The notes under the pieces are model-generated. The model was not told the DNA's origin and searched no databases. It saw only the letters and a program-made list of their open reading frames with translations. A stretch of DNA of 64,000 nt from Macrostomum lignano (lineage: Eukaryota): the NCBI GenBank assembly GCA_002269645.1, contig NIVC01003091.1, positions 1 through 64,000 of the forward strand. Direction: 5' to 3'. The position numbers were made by a program, and so were the translations under genes. Below, in pieces: positions 11,809 to 23,071 of this stretch. Every line of letters starts with the position of its first letter. The first letter of the stretch is position 1.

Positions 11809-12809
11809 AACCGCACAAAAGTAAAAAAATCAGCCAAAGTGCCAATTGTTTATTATAGCTAGCTACATGTAGATAAACATGACCGTTAGTAAACAGGGAT
11901 TTGTCTCGGTAAGTAAAAACGGGGGAGACCATCGATCCAGTCAGATATATTAGCCAATAATTGAGCATAATTGAGCATTGAGTTTTAACTTTACAATAAT
12001 AAATATAGCTCGCATAGCCGTAGCTAAATATAAGACGAATACAATTTTTACAGTAAATAGACCACAACACATTCGATGGAATTAACAACAGAAATACGCA
12101 TCTATAGCAATCAGTGAATTTTTTCAATCAACGATTTAAACGACTTTAAGATATTTTAAGGCATTGACATAATTCATCGACTTTAGACAAAATTTTGTTA
12201 CAACTCGAAAATGAGGCTATATAAGGGGACGTTATCGAAAACCGAAATTATCATGCTAGCTAATTAGTAACAACTAGAAAATTTGAAAACAGTGTGAAAT
12301 TTGTAAAAATCTGAAAAGATTGAAAGTAAAAACAAGGAATTCACATTAAATAAAAAATAGCTAGCTAATCAAAATGTGCTAGCAATCCCGAAGGATATCC
12401 CAATGAAAGACCCTCTGTTAGGGAGAAACAAATTAATTTTAATTAGGAAGTTTTCAGTCCAAGGGACTGATGTGGTCGCCACACACCCTCACTAACCCAA
12501 GCTGTTGCTGGCACCCATTTTACAATTGAATTATAAATATCTTTACAGTACTTGTGGGGTCCCAGTTGCTGATTAACAATGAATTTACATAGCGAATTGC
12601 GTAAAACGCCATATTGCAAGCCTGAAAATCTGGCCACTGGACAAGATTTTTTATTTTAAACGTTTCTGGTGGGCAGTTGTGCGTTAAGCCTAAGCTACAT
12701 TTTTTTGTTTTTTTCAGGCTAAAATGTCAATATAATGTGGCAGTTAAACTCATGGACAACTACAATGCTCTTAAAAAGACGCTGCACACTCCTATAATCA
12801 ATAGCTAGA

Positions 12810-13695
12810 CTAGTCAATTGACTGGTATCGAAAAGAATCCTTAAACCAGACGTCACCTCTCAGTTGGTTAATCTCAGAGGGCAAGTTAAATATTGGTTCG
12901 AATTCCGGACCGTAGGCAAAAAACGGACGCCTGCCCAGCTCGTGTCTGACCATATTTAGCATGGCGCACAGATGGCTCCTTTCGTAGTTCCTTCTGATCA
13001 CATTGCACAGGGTTTGAATGTACGGGCTGCCTTTATCTGTGATCCGGATTGCCTTATCACCCTTGGTGACAGCGTACGCGATGAGAAAGTCCATTTTGCT
13101 TGAACTGACCCTGCCGTATTGGGAGCTACGGAGTAGCTGCACAGAACTTTGACTGCCGGAGGAACTCCTTGAGCCTTCGATTATTCGACATCCCTGGATA
13201 AAGAACAGCTTCGGCTTATTCTGGAGCGATCTGCAGTCGTAGAACGGGCTTATGACGTCATCCAGCTCGACATAGTTGCCATCTGAGCCCAACACTTTAT
13301 CGTATTTGCCGTGCGACATGATAAAGGCCACAAAGCAGTCAAATTTTGTGTGACGATCGCTGGTGGCGAGTTTCCGAACCAGAGCCAGAAGTTCGTTGGC
13401 GTTATTGTCTCTGTGCACCTGTACTTCAAAATTTAGCGTCTCTCTGAACAGGCTCTCCAGACGATTAACATCCTGCTGCGAGCCAGTGCGAGTTTGAGAG
13501 TCGTCGACAAACTTCTCGTTGTTGATAATGAGGCAGATCCCGCGAGGCTTGCTGCGCATCGTGTACTGATAGCCGCGTATCGGTGGCACCACACTTGAGT
13601 TCTGGCTCGAATAGTCCGGTTCGAATAGTTCAAAACGGCCTGAATGAGTACCTCCGAAATCGAAATCAAGCCTGCGTCCTCTGCGCGCTGGTCTA
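12810..13695 (-). CDS. Caspase domain exon (peptidase C14A, p20+p10)
   Basis: Y.M...PRGICLIINN, RTGSQQD, DCFVAFIMSHG (His codon 13313-13311), KPKLFFIQGCR (Cys codon 13190-13188), DFLIAYA, GSPYIQTLC. The frame is open but has no ATG back to the acceptor at 13696. Confidence 0.93.
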
Positions 13696-16600
13696 CTGGA
13701 GTAGGTAGTAGAAGTTTATTAAGCAATAGTAAACGACTTTAAAAGCCTCATTTCTATACGAGCTAGGGCCATTACCTTCGTTCAGCATAGAAAACACCAT
13801 GCATTAATTAAAGATTTCCACATGTCAACTATCAAAACTTCTGCACAAACACAACTCTGCTTAGCAGTCTTCCATCCTTAGAAGGCTCAAGTTTACTAGT
13901 GTTGTACTACACTCAATGGCACGGTCACAATAATTTTTCAACTTATTAATTTTGAAGACACATTTTAAAGTCCAAACCTTGTTGGAGCTGCATGGGCTGC
14001 CCAGGTACGACGCTTCTGGCTATCGAGCTGCAGCAGCACCTCAGTTGCGGCTGTCCGATTTGCCCGCATAGCAAGTTCCATTGCGTCGCCTTGGGAGCTT
14101 CTGTGGTAGATACTGGCCCCGTAGTTAGCCAGCAGTTTCAGCATGTCCGCATGGCCCTTGACGGCCGCTAGGGTAAACGCAGTGTTGCGGTTTTTTCTAG
14201 AGCTTGTCTCCAGCTCTAAATTGGCGTTGCGTTTAATCAACAGTTCGGCAAGCTCTTGAAGATTCTCCTGGGCGCAAAAGTGCAAAGCGCTAAATCCATC
14301 TGCCTCCTGGTTGTTGACGCTGGCCCTTCTATCCAGCAGAAGTATGGCGATAGCCCGACGATTCAACCAGGCGGCTCGAATCAACGGAGTCCGGCTGTCG
14401 GAGCTCTTGGCGTTGATGTCAATGGATGTCTGGTCCAGTAGGATCTTAGCGACTCGGCGGCTGTCCTGCTGCACCGCGATGTGCAACGCCGTGACGCCCA
14501 GATCCTGCTGCGCGACGTTGGGATCCGCGCCTCGATCCAGCAGCAGCCTGCAGGTGGCCTCGTCATCGTTCCAGGTGGCCGCCATCAGGACGGTCCAGCC
14601 CGGGTCCTGCCTAATCCGCTCGTTGATGCGTCGCTGTAGGGCGCCGCCGCTGGACTCGAGCAAGTAGCGCACCTTTCTCGTATTGCCGTCCATTGCAGCT
14701 TTGAAAACCTTCGATATGGTCAGCTCGTCGGTGTTTTGCGTCGATTTTGACCTGTTTGAAATAGATTCGAGTAAATGGTGGTTTTTTGGGATAAGATGGG
14801 TATTTCAGCATCTTGGTCAAGGTCTTTGTACAGTAGTATATAAAGTCTTTTCATTTCAGCAGGCTCTAGTTGGTGGTTCAAAATATTTAAGTTCTATTTT
14901 TTAAACGGGGTCGCTTCACAAGCTCGAAATTTGACAACCTCGAAAATTTTAGCAGCCGACTTCAAAAGCTCGAAATTTCACAACCTCGAAACCAGTTACT
15001 TTCATAAGCTCGAAATTTCACAAGCTCGAAATTTCACAACCTCGAAACCATTTTAGCAGCTTGTGAAATTGCTTTCACAAGCTCAAAACAAAACGAAACA
15101 CAAGCTTCACAAGGTTCTATGATTAAAACTACGGTCTATATGACTAAGCAATAAGGTAGGGTTAAAACTGGGTTCTATGGTAAAACTATGGTCTATGATT
15201 AAAACTAGGGTCTATGGTTAAAACTAGGGTCTATGATTAAAACTAGGTTCTATGGTAAAACTATGGTCTATGATTAAAACTAGGGTCTATGGTTAAAACT
15301 AGGGTCTATGATTAAAACTAGGGTCTATGGTAAAACTATGGTCTATGATTAAAACTAGGTTCTATGGTAAAACTATGGTCTATGATTAAAACTAGGGTCT
15401 ATGGTTAAAACTAGGGTCTATGATTAAAACTTGGGTCTATGGTAAAACTATGTTCTATGGTTAAAGCTAGAGTCTATGGTTAAAACTAGCCAGAGTCAGA
15501 GCTGAACCATTGCAACTAACAACTCCACCGCGCTAGCCTGTATACAGTCTCACATGAGCTCCAACACGACGTTAACCGCGTCTAACTGACGTGCCCGTTT
15601 GGCCTCGTCGCAGATCTGCGGCAGCCATTCGTTGCCGGCCCATTGAGCGTCCAACTGCAGAAGCCGTCTTAGCATTGGCCTCAGGACGTCGAGATGACCG
15701 CGGACAGCTGCGAGCTTGACCGGGCAGAGCGGACTGCCGTTGCGGCCGCCGCCGCCGCTGTTCATCAACTTGTTGAAGCCTGCCCGGCTGACAAGCAACT
15801 TGACCAACGGCCTTGCCGAGTCGAAATCTGCGCAGAAATGAAGCGGCGTCGAACCCCAGGCGTCTCTTATGGACAGCTTGGCGCCGGCGTGCAGCAGCTG
15901 GCTGACGCAGGCCTCGCTCCCGGCTTGGACTGCCGCGTGCAGGGCGGTCGTCTGGCTGGAATTCGTCGACCGAAGATTGACGTGCAAACTGGCGTTACTG
16001 CTGCGATCTCTTCTGATTGCTTCTAGAAGCAGTTTTAGCGCTTCCGGTTTATCCAATCCAGCTGCAAGCATCAGCGGTGTCTGACCCGTTGTCCGGTCCA
16101 TCGCGATCGCCTGATTGACGCCTTCGCCATCGTTCAGCAGGATGTTTCGAACTCGGTCGAGCCTGTCGCTTCGGATCGCTTTGATGAGGCTGAGTTGCTT
16201 GGATCGCTTTTGCCTATTTGTGGCGGTAAAAGGTGTAAATGAGGTCGTGCTGCTTGTTTTTAGATTTAAGTTTTTACACTTCCTAGTGAACTCCACCAGG
16301 GCCTTTTGCCCCTTCCGTATTCTTTTCATCAGGAGGCTCCTTGATGATTGACTCACCTCCCGCCAACAACTCTCCAGCTCTTCAACAGGCTGAGCAGTTC
16401 AGGCGAAGCCGGCACGCCTGCCATTTTCACTTGGTCCAAAGCTGTGCAACCCTCGCTATTTACCAGATTTGGATCAGCGCCGCTCGCGTGCAGCAGTCGC
16501 AGCATCTCAACGTGACCATTCAGAGCAGCTAAAGCAAACGCTGTGCTACTCTTGAACTCTGGCCTGGCTGTCCGATTGACCAGTTCATGTGGCGCTTTAG

Positions 16601-17219
16601 CCAGAATGCGCTTAGCAATCTCGCGTCTGTCCAGCTGGGCGCAAAGGTGCAACGCGGTGAAGCCGCTCTTTGAGGCCAGGTCAAGCCTGGCGCCACGATC
16701 GATGAGCAGGCAAGCCAGCTGGACGCTGTTCTCAAACACCGACTTCATCAGAGCGGTGAATCCTTGCTGGCTACTCTGCTGGTTCAACTGGATGTTCCTC
16801 TGGTCCAGCAGCAGTTTTGCTAGTTCGATGTGACCAAAATCGACGCAGATCATCAATGCGGTGACGTCATTCTTAGCCAACAAGTTCACATTGGCGCCAG
16901 CGTTCAACAGTAGTTTAGCGACGCTAAATAAATTCTGCCTGGCGCAGATGTGCAACGCGCCGAGCCCCGAGCTGTCGCGATGGTCCAGCGGAGACTTCAG
17001 TTCAGTCAGCAGCCGGCAGATGTTTACATTTTCGCCATTGGTTGAAGCCGCGGCAGCCATCAGTAGGCTCCTGTTGCGATCATTTTTGTTGATCCAGCCG
17101 GGTGACAAGCCCTCGCTAAGGTAGCCTCGAACTCTACTATAATCACCTTTTCCACAGGCTTCGTAAAGTTTGTAGTAGAGCCGTTCATTAGGTGCTTTGG
17201 ATGCGGATGCAGCTGCCAT
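12810..17219 (-). CDS. Ankyrin-repeat caspase, four exons (17219-16357, 16213-15554, 14751-13978, 13695-12810), predicted 1060 aa
   Basis: Three GT-AG introns, all phase 2 and all restoring frame: GGAG|gtgagt...caaatag|G, CAT|gtgaga...caaacag|G, AAG|gtttgg...ctccag|T. Exon lengths 863+660+774+886=3183 nt. Exons 1-3 hold ~20 ankyrin repeats and exon 4 a complete caspase domain. No transcript evidence available. Confidence 0.78.
13978..14751 (-). CDS. Ankyrin exon 3 (~7 repeats)
   Basis: GWTVLMAA, GVTALHIA, SRTPLIRAA, GFSALHFCA, NTAFTLAAVKGH. Symmetric phase 2-2 exon of 774 nt. Confidence 0.88.
14905..15490. repeat. Intronic repeats: TTCACAAGCTCGAAATT motifs (14905-15110) then a ~19-bp CTATGATTAAAACTAGGGT array (15115-15490)
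   Basis: Direct reading; inside intron 2 of the ankyrin-caspase gene. Confidence 0.85.
15554..16213 (-). CDS. Ankyrin exon 2 (~5 repeats)
   Basis: TGQTPLMLAA, QTTALHAAV, WGSTPLHFCA, CPVKLAAVRGH. Symmetric phase 2-2 exon of 660 nt. Confidence 0.85.
16357..17219 (-). CDS. Ankyrin exon 1 (~8 repeats)
   Basis: ATG at 17219; GLGALHICA, DVTALMIC, GFTALMKS, GFTALHLCA, STAFALAALNGH; consensus donor AG|GTGAGT at 16356. Confidence 0.88.
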
Positions 17220-17644
17220 CTTCTGGTCTTGCAGTGCGCAACAACCCTAGCTAGTCTGATTGTTTAGTCAACAGCTAAGCAAAAATATGCGTGTAAGCTT
17301 GGTTAGTTTTCTTAACTTAGACCTTGGCTGCAAGTCTCTATACCGCGAGATAAAGTCAGAGATGTACGAATATAAATTTCTTGGAATTACTTGGCCCTGC
17401 AGCTAAGTCGACACTAACAGAGAGAGACAGGGAAAGAGAGAGAGCGAGTGAGCAAAAGCTACCCTGGTATTTACATGTCAATCGTAATAGCGTCGCATTT
17501 ATACCGTTGCATTTGTATCGCTAGGCATATAGAAGTTCCCCTTTCTCAGTATTGCATGTACATGTATTGCTTGGAAATTCAAAGCATGATCTGCGATAGT
17601 TTATCAGTTAAATCAGCTTAACTATATACTTACAATGCGCAATT

Positions 17645-17913
<269 letters not shown>

Positions 17914-18346
17914 TTAATACAATTAGCATTAAAGTCATTAATCATTTTAACTGATACTGGGGCACAAGATGCAAACTGTAAATGTCTTTTACGATCGTGA
18001 GTACAACCTTTAGCTATGTTTATTTTGAAAGGAACTTCTGCTTGTAAATTTTGATTAGATTAAAATTGTACTTTGAAATGTGTAGTTTATTCCTCGTGTT
18101 TTTAATTGATGTCAGCGCACTTCAATTTTGCTTTGCTATAATTTTTGTTTAACTTTTTCATACCATTATTAAAGTGATAACTTTTGGCCCTAATCTGGAT
18201 TCTGATGAAACTCAGCTGCAATAGCTATTGATCTACTAGTTGACTAGGCTAAATTTAGCTCATTAGCTCACAGTGAGCGCACTATAGCTTGCAATCATGA
18301 TGCTATATTTAGCTTTGGCCAAGTACTTTCTTTATTGTCAGCAGTC

Positions 18347-19793
18347 ATGAATATGAAGCAGGAACTCGAAAGCAGTTGCTACTCCAATGAGTTTTCTCTT
18401 GACGACGGCTTCATGCGACATCAGCGACGTCTGAACGGTCGACGTTCAGGTGGAACTATTCGACAAAGTTACAATTGTGGCTCGAGATGTCGAAACCGGA
18501 TGTTTGTCCTTGACGACCCGTCGTCTGGCAGAGCCAATTTGGCCAATCATGGGCACTTCGAAACAAGTGAGTTCTGCAGCCAAGGCTACTCAACTATTTT
18601 AGTTTCTTGTGTGATTATTTCTTAAAGACGAATTACTAAAGTACACATATAGTACAATAATAATAGTACACATGCTTGTAACATCTTCGAGAGGAGATGA
18701 GAGTGGATAACAGGAGAGGAGAGGAGAGGAGAGGAGACGAGAGGAGAGGAGACGAGAGGAGAGGAGAGGAGAGGAGAGGAGAGGAGACGAGAGGAGAGGA
18801 GAGGAGACGAGAGGAGAGGAGACGAGAGGAGAGGAGACGAGAGGAGAGGAGACGAGAGGAGAGGAGAGGAGAGGAGAGGAGAGGAGAGGAGAGGAGACGA
18901 GAGGAGAGGAGACGAGAGGAGAGGAGACGAGAGGAGAGGAGACGAGAGGAGAGGAGAGGAGACGAGACGAGAGGAGAGGAGACGAGAGGAGAGGAGAGGA
19001 GAGTAGAGGAAAGGAGAGGAGAGGAGAGGAGACGAGAGGAGAGGAGACGAGAGGAGAGGAGACGAGAGGAGAGGAAAGGAGAGGAGACGAGAGGAGAGGA
19101 AAGGAGAGGAGAGGAGAGGAGAGGAGACGAGAGGAGAGGAGAGGAGAGGAGACGAGAGGAGAGGAGACGAGAGGAGAGGAGAGGAGAGGAGAGGAGAGGA
19201 GACGAGAGGAGAGGAGACGAGAGGAGAGGAGACGAGAGGAGAGGAGAGGAGACGAGAGGAGAGGAGAGGAGAGGAGACGAGAGGAGAGGAGAGGAGACGA
19301 GAGGAGAGGCGAGGAGAGGAGAGGAGAGGAGAGGAGGAGAAGAGAAGAAAAGAGAGGATGGTGCTGGCGCTCATTTAAATAAAATAGCGTCTCTTCAACT
19401 CTAAACTACGCATCTGTCAACACGATTTCAGCTTCTCCACTCAGGTAGCCTACTCGTTGAACAAAAAAGACCGCTGGAACTTATGGTCTGACGTTGCAGG
19501 GTCTCGCGGAGAAGATGCGCTGGGAGGATTGAGGCTTCAGCTACTCGACTCGAGCTACAACCGACCCCGGAGGCACTAGCGCAAGGACTAACAACAGCTC
19601 TAATTCCTCAGCGACAGGTAAAAATCGTGAGCACAATCAGAGGCAGAACAGCCGATACAACCTGGAGCTGCAGTTGGATCCAGGTTGCCATCCGAAATTG
19701 CATTTGGACAAACTGATGCTGGACTGTGCGCATCGGTGGCGACTGCGAGATCGAAGTCGGTCAATGAAATATCGCGATTATTTTAGAACTTGA
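18347..19793 (+). pseudogene. Degenerate or truncated paralog of the N-terminal region of the RBR ligase at 28.3 kb
   Basis: After acceptor tttcag| (19431) it reads FSTQVAYSLNKKDRWN (cf. FTSDVTYSLNKNQRWN). After a frame change it reads RYNLELQLDPGC (cf. RFEMEMQFDMDGC), stop at 19791. A putative upstream exon 18347-18566 has a GTGAGT donor of mismatched phase. No RING domains follow. Confidence 0.5.
18712..19352 (+). repeat. (GAGGA)n/(GACGA) purine pentanucleotide array
   Basis: Direct reading. Confidence 0.97.
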
Positions 19794-19841
19794 GCTGCTA
19801 GCATTCTTTAGATCAGGGGTCGGCAAACTTTGAATCGCGAC

Positions 19842-22800
19842 GCCTCTCTTCTATCTCTTTTCTCTCTATCTTCTCTCTCTTCTCTCTCTTCTCTCTCTTC
19901 TCTCTCTTCTCTCTCTTCTCTCTCTTCTCTCTCTCTTCTCTCTCTTCTCTCTCTCTTCTCTCTCTTCTCTCTCTTCTCTCTCTTCTCTCTCCTCTATCTC
20001 ACTTCTCTCTCTCTTCTCTCTCTTCTCTCTCTTCTCTCTCCTCTATCTCCTCTATCTCACTTCTCTCTCTCTTCTCTCTCTTCTTTCTCTTCTCTCTCCT
20101 CTATCTCTCTCCTCTATCTCTCTTCTCTCTCCTCTATCTCTTATCTCTCTCTTCTCTCTCTTCTCTCTCCTCTATCTCCTCTATCTCACTTCTCTCTCTC
20201 TTCTCTCTCTTCTCTCTCTTCTCTCTCTTCTCTCTCTTCTCTCTCTCTTCTCTCTCTTCTCTCTCTCTCTTCTCTCTCTTCTCTCCCTTCTCTCTCTTCT
20301 ATCTCTTTTCTCTCTCTTCTCTCTCTTCTCTCTCTTCTCTCTCTTTTCTCTTCTCTCCCTTCTCTCTCCTCTATCTCACTTCTCTCTCTCTTCTCTCTCT
20401 TCACTCTCTTCTCTCTCTTCTCTCTCTTCTCTCTCTCTTCTCTCTTCTCTCCCTTCTCTCTCCTCTATCTCACTTCTCTCTCTCTTCTCTCTCATCTCTC
20501 TCTTCTCTCCCTTCTCTCTCTTCTCTTCTCTCTCTCTTCTCTCTCTTTTCTCTCTTTTCTCTCTTCTCTCTCTTCTCTCTCTTTTCTCTCTTTTCTCTCT
20601 TCTCTCTCTTCTCTCTCTCTCTTCTCTCTCTTCTCTCCCTTCTCTCTCTTCTCTCTCTTTTCTCTCTCTTCTCTCTCTTCTCTCTCTTCTCTCTCTCTTC
20701 TCTCTTCTCTCCCTTCTCTCTCCTCTATCTCACTTCTCTCTCTCTTCTCTCTCTTCTCTCTCTTCTCTCCCTTCTCTCTCTTCTCTTCTCTCTCTCTTCT
20801 CTCTCTTTTCTCTCTTCTCTCTCTTCTCTCTCTTTTCTCTCTTTTCTCTCTTCTCTCTCTTCTCTCTCTCTCTTCTCTCTCTTCTCTCCCTTCTCTCTCT
20901 TCTATCTCTTTTCTCTCTCTTCTCTCTCTTCTCTCTCTTCTCTCTCTCTTCTCTCTCTCTTCTCTCTTCTCTCCCTTCTCTCTCCTCTATCTCACTTCTC
21001 TCTCTCTTCTCTCTCTTCTCTCTCTTCTCTCCCTTCTCTCTCTTCTCTTCTCTCTCTCTTCTCTCTCTTCTCTCTCTTTTCTCTCTTCTCTCTCTTCTCT
21101 CTCTTTTCTCTCTTTTCTCTCTTCTCTCTCTTCTCTCTCTCTCTTCTCTCTCTTCTCTCCCTTCTCTCTCTTCTATCTCTTTTCTCTCTCTTCTCTCTCT
21201 TCTCTCTCTTCTCTCTCTCTTCTCTCTTCTCTCCCTTCTTTCTCCTCTATCTCACTTCTCTCTCTCTTCTCTCTCTTCTCTCTCCTCTATCTCACTTCTC
21301 TCTCTCTTCTCTCTTCTCTCCCTTCTCTCTCCTCTATCTCACTTCTCTCCCTCTTCTCTCTCTCTCTTCTCTCTCTTCTCTCTCTTCTCTCTCTTTTCTC
21401 TCTTTTCTCTCTTCTCTCTCTTCTCTCTCTTTTCTCTCTTTTCTCTCTTCTCTCTCTTCTCTCTCTTTTCTCTCTTTTATCTCTTCTCTCTCTTCTCTCT
21501 CTCTCTTCTCTCTCTTCTCTCCCTTCTCTCTCTTCTATCTCTTTTCTCTCTCTTCTCTCTCTTCTCTCTCTTCTCTCTCTCTTCTCTCTCTCTTCTCTCT
21601 TCTCTCCCTTCTCTCTCCTCTATCTCACTTCTCTCTCTCTTCTCTCTCTTCTCTCTCTTCTCTCCCTTCTCTCTCTTCTCTTCTCTCTCTCTTCTCTCTC
21701 TTCTCTCTCTTTTCTCTCTTTTCTCTCTTCTCTCTCTTCTCTCTCTCTCTTCTCTCTCTTCTCTCCCTTCTCTCTATTCTATCTCTTTTCTCTCTCTTCT
21801 CTCTCTTCTCTCTCTTCTCTCTCTCTTCTCTCTTCTCTCCCTTCTTCCTCCTCTATCTCACTTCTCTCTCTCTTCTCTCTCTTCTCTCTCCTCTATCTCA
21901 CTTCTCTCTCTCTTCTCTCTTCTCTCCCTTCTCTCTCCTCTATCTCACTTCTCTCCCTCTTCTCTCTCTCTCTTCTCTCTCTTCTCTCTCTTCTCTCTCC
22001 TCTCTCTTCTCTCTCTTCTCTCCCTTCTCTCTCTTCTATCTCTTTTCTCTCTCTTTTCTCTCTTCTCTCTCTTCTCTCTCTCTTCTCTCTTCTCTCCCTT
22101 CTCTCTCCTTTATCTCACTTCTCTCTCTCTTCTCTCTCTTCTCTCTCTTCTCTCTTCTCTCCCTTCTCTCTCCTTTATCTCACTTCTCTCTCTCTTCTCT
22201 CTCTTCTCTCTCTTCTCTCCCTTCTCTCTCTTCTCTTCTCTCTCTCTTCTCTCTCTTTTCTCTATTTTCTCTCTTCTCTCTCTTCTCTCTCTTCTCTCTC
22301 TCTCTCTTCTCTCTCTTCTCTCCCTTCTCTCTCTTCTATCTCTTTTCTCTCTCTTTTCTCTCTTCTCTCTCTTCTCTCTCTCTTCTCTCTTCTCTCCCTT
22401 CTCTCTCCTCTATCTCACTTCTCTCTCTCTTCTCTCTCTTCTCTCCCTTCTCTCTCTTCTATCTCACTTCTCTCTCTCTTCTCTCTCTTCTCTCTCTTCT
22501 CTCCCTTCTCTCTCTTCTCTTCTCTCTCTCTTCTCTCTCTTCTCTCTCTTTTCTCTCTTCTCTCTCTTCTCTCTCTTTTCTCTCTTTTCTCTCTTCTCTC
22601 TCTTCTCTCTCTCTCTTCTCTCTCTTCTCTCCCTTCTCTCTCTTCTATCTCTTTTCTCTCTCTTCTCTCTCTTCTCTCTCTTCTCTCTCTCTTCTCTCTT
22701 CTCTCCCTTCTTTCTCTTCTATCTCACTTCTCTCTCTCTTCTCTCTCTTCTCTCTCCTCTATCTCACTTCTCTCTCTCTTCTCTCTTCTCTCCTTTCTCT

Positions 22801-23071
22801 CTCCTCTATCTCACTTCTCTCCCTCTTCTCTCTCTCTCTCTTCTCTCTCTTCTCTCTCCTCTCTCTTCTCTCTCTTCTCTCTCTTCTCTCTCTTCTCTCT
22901 CCTTTCTCTCCTCTCTCTTCTCTCTCTTCTCTCTCTTCTTTCTCTCTTCTCTCTCTCTTCTCTCTCTTCTCTCCCTTCTCTCTCCTCTATCTCACTTCTC
23001 TCTCTCTCTTCTCTCTCTTCTCTCTCTTCTCTCTCTCTCTCTTCTCTCTCTTCTCTCTCTTCTCTCTCTTT
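19842..23071 (+). repeat. 3.2-kb polypyrimidine (TC/TTC) complex microsatellite
   Basis: Almost pure C/T with recurring CCTCTATCTCAC landmarks; source of the spurious 1094-aa S/L/F ORF. Confidence 0.97.
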
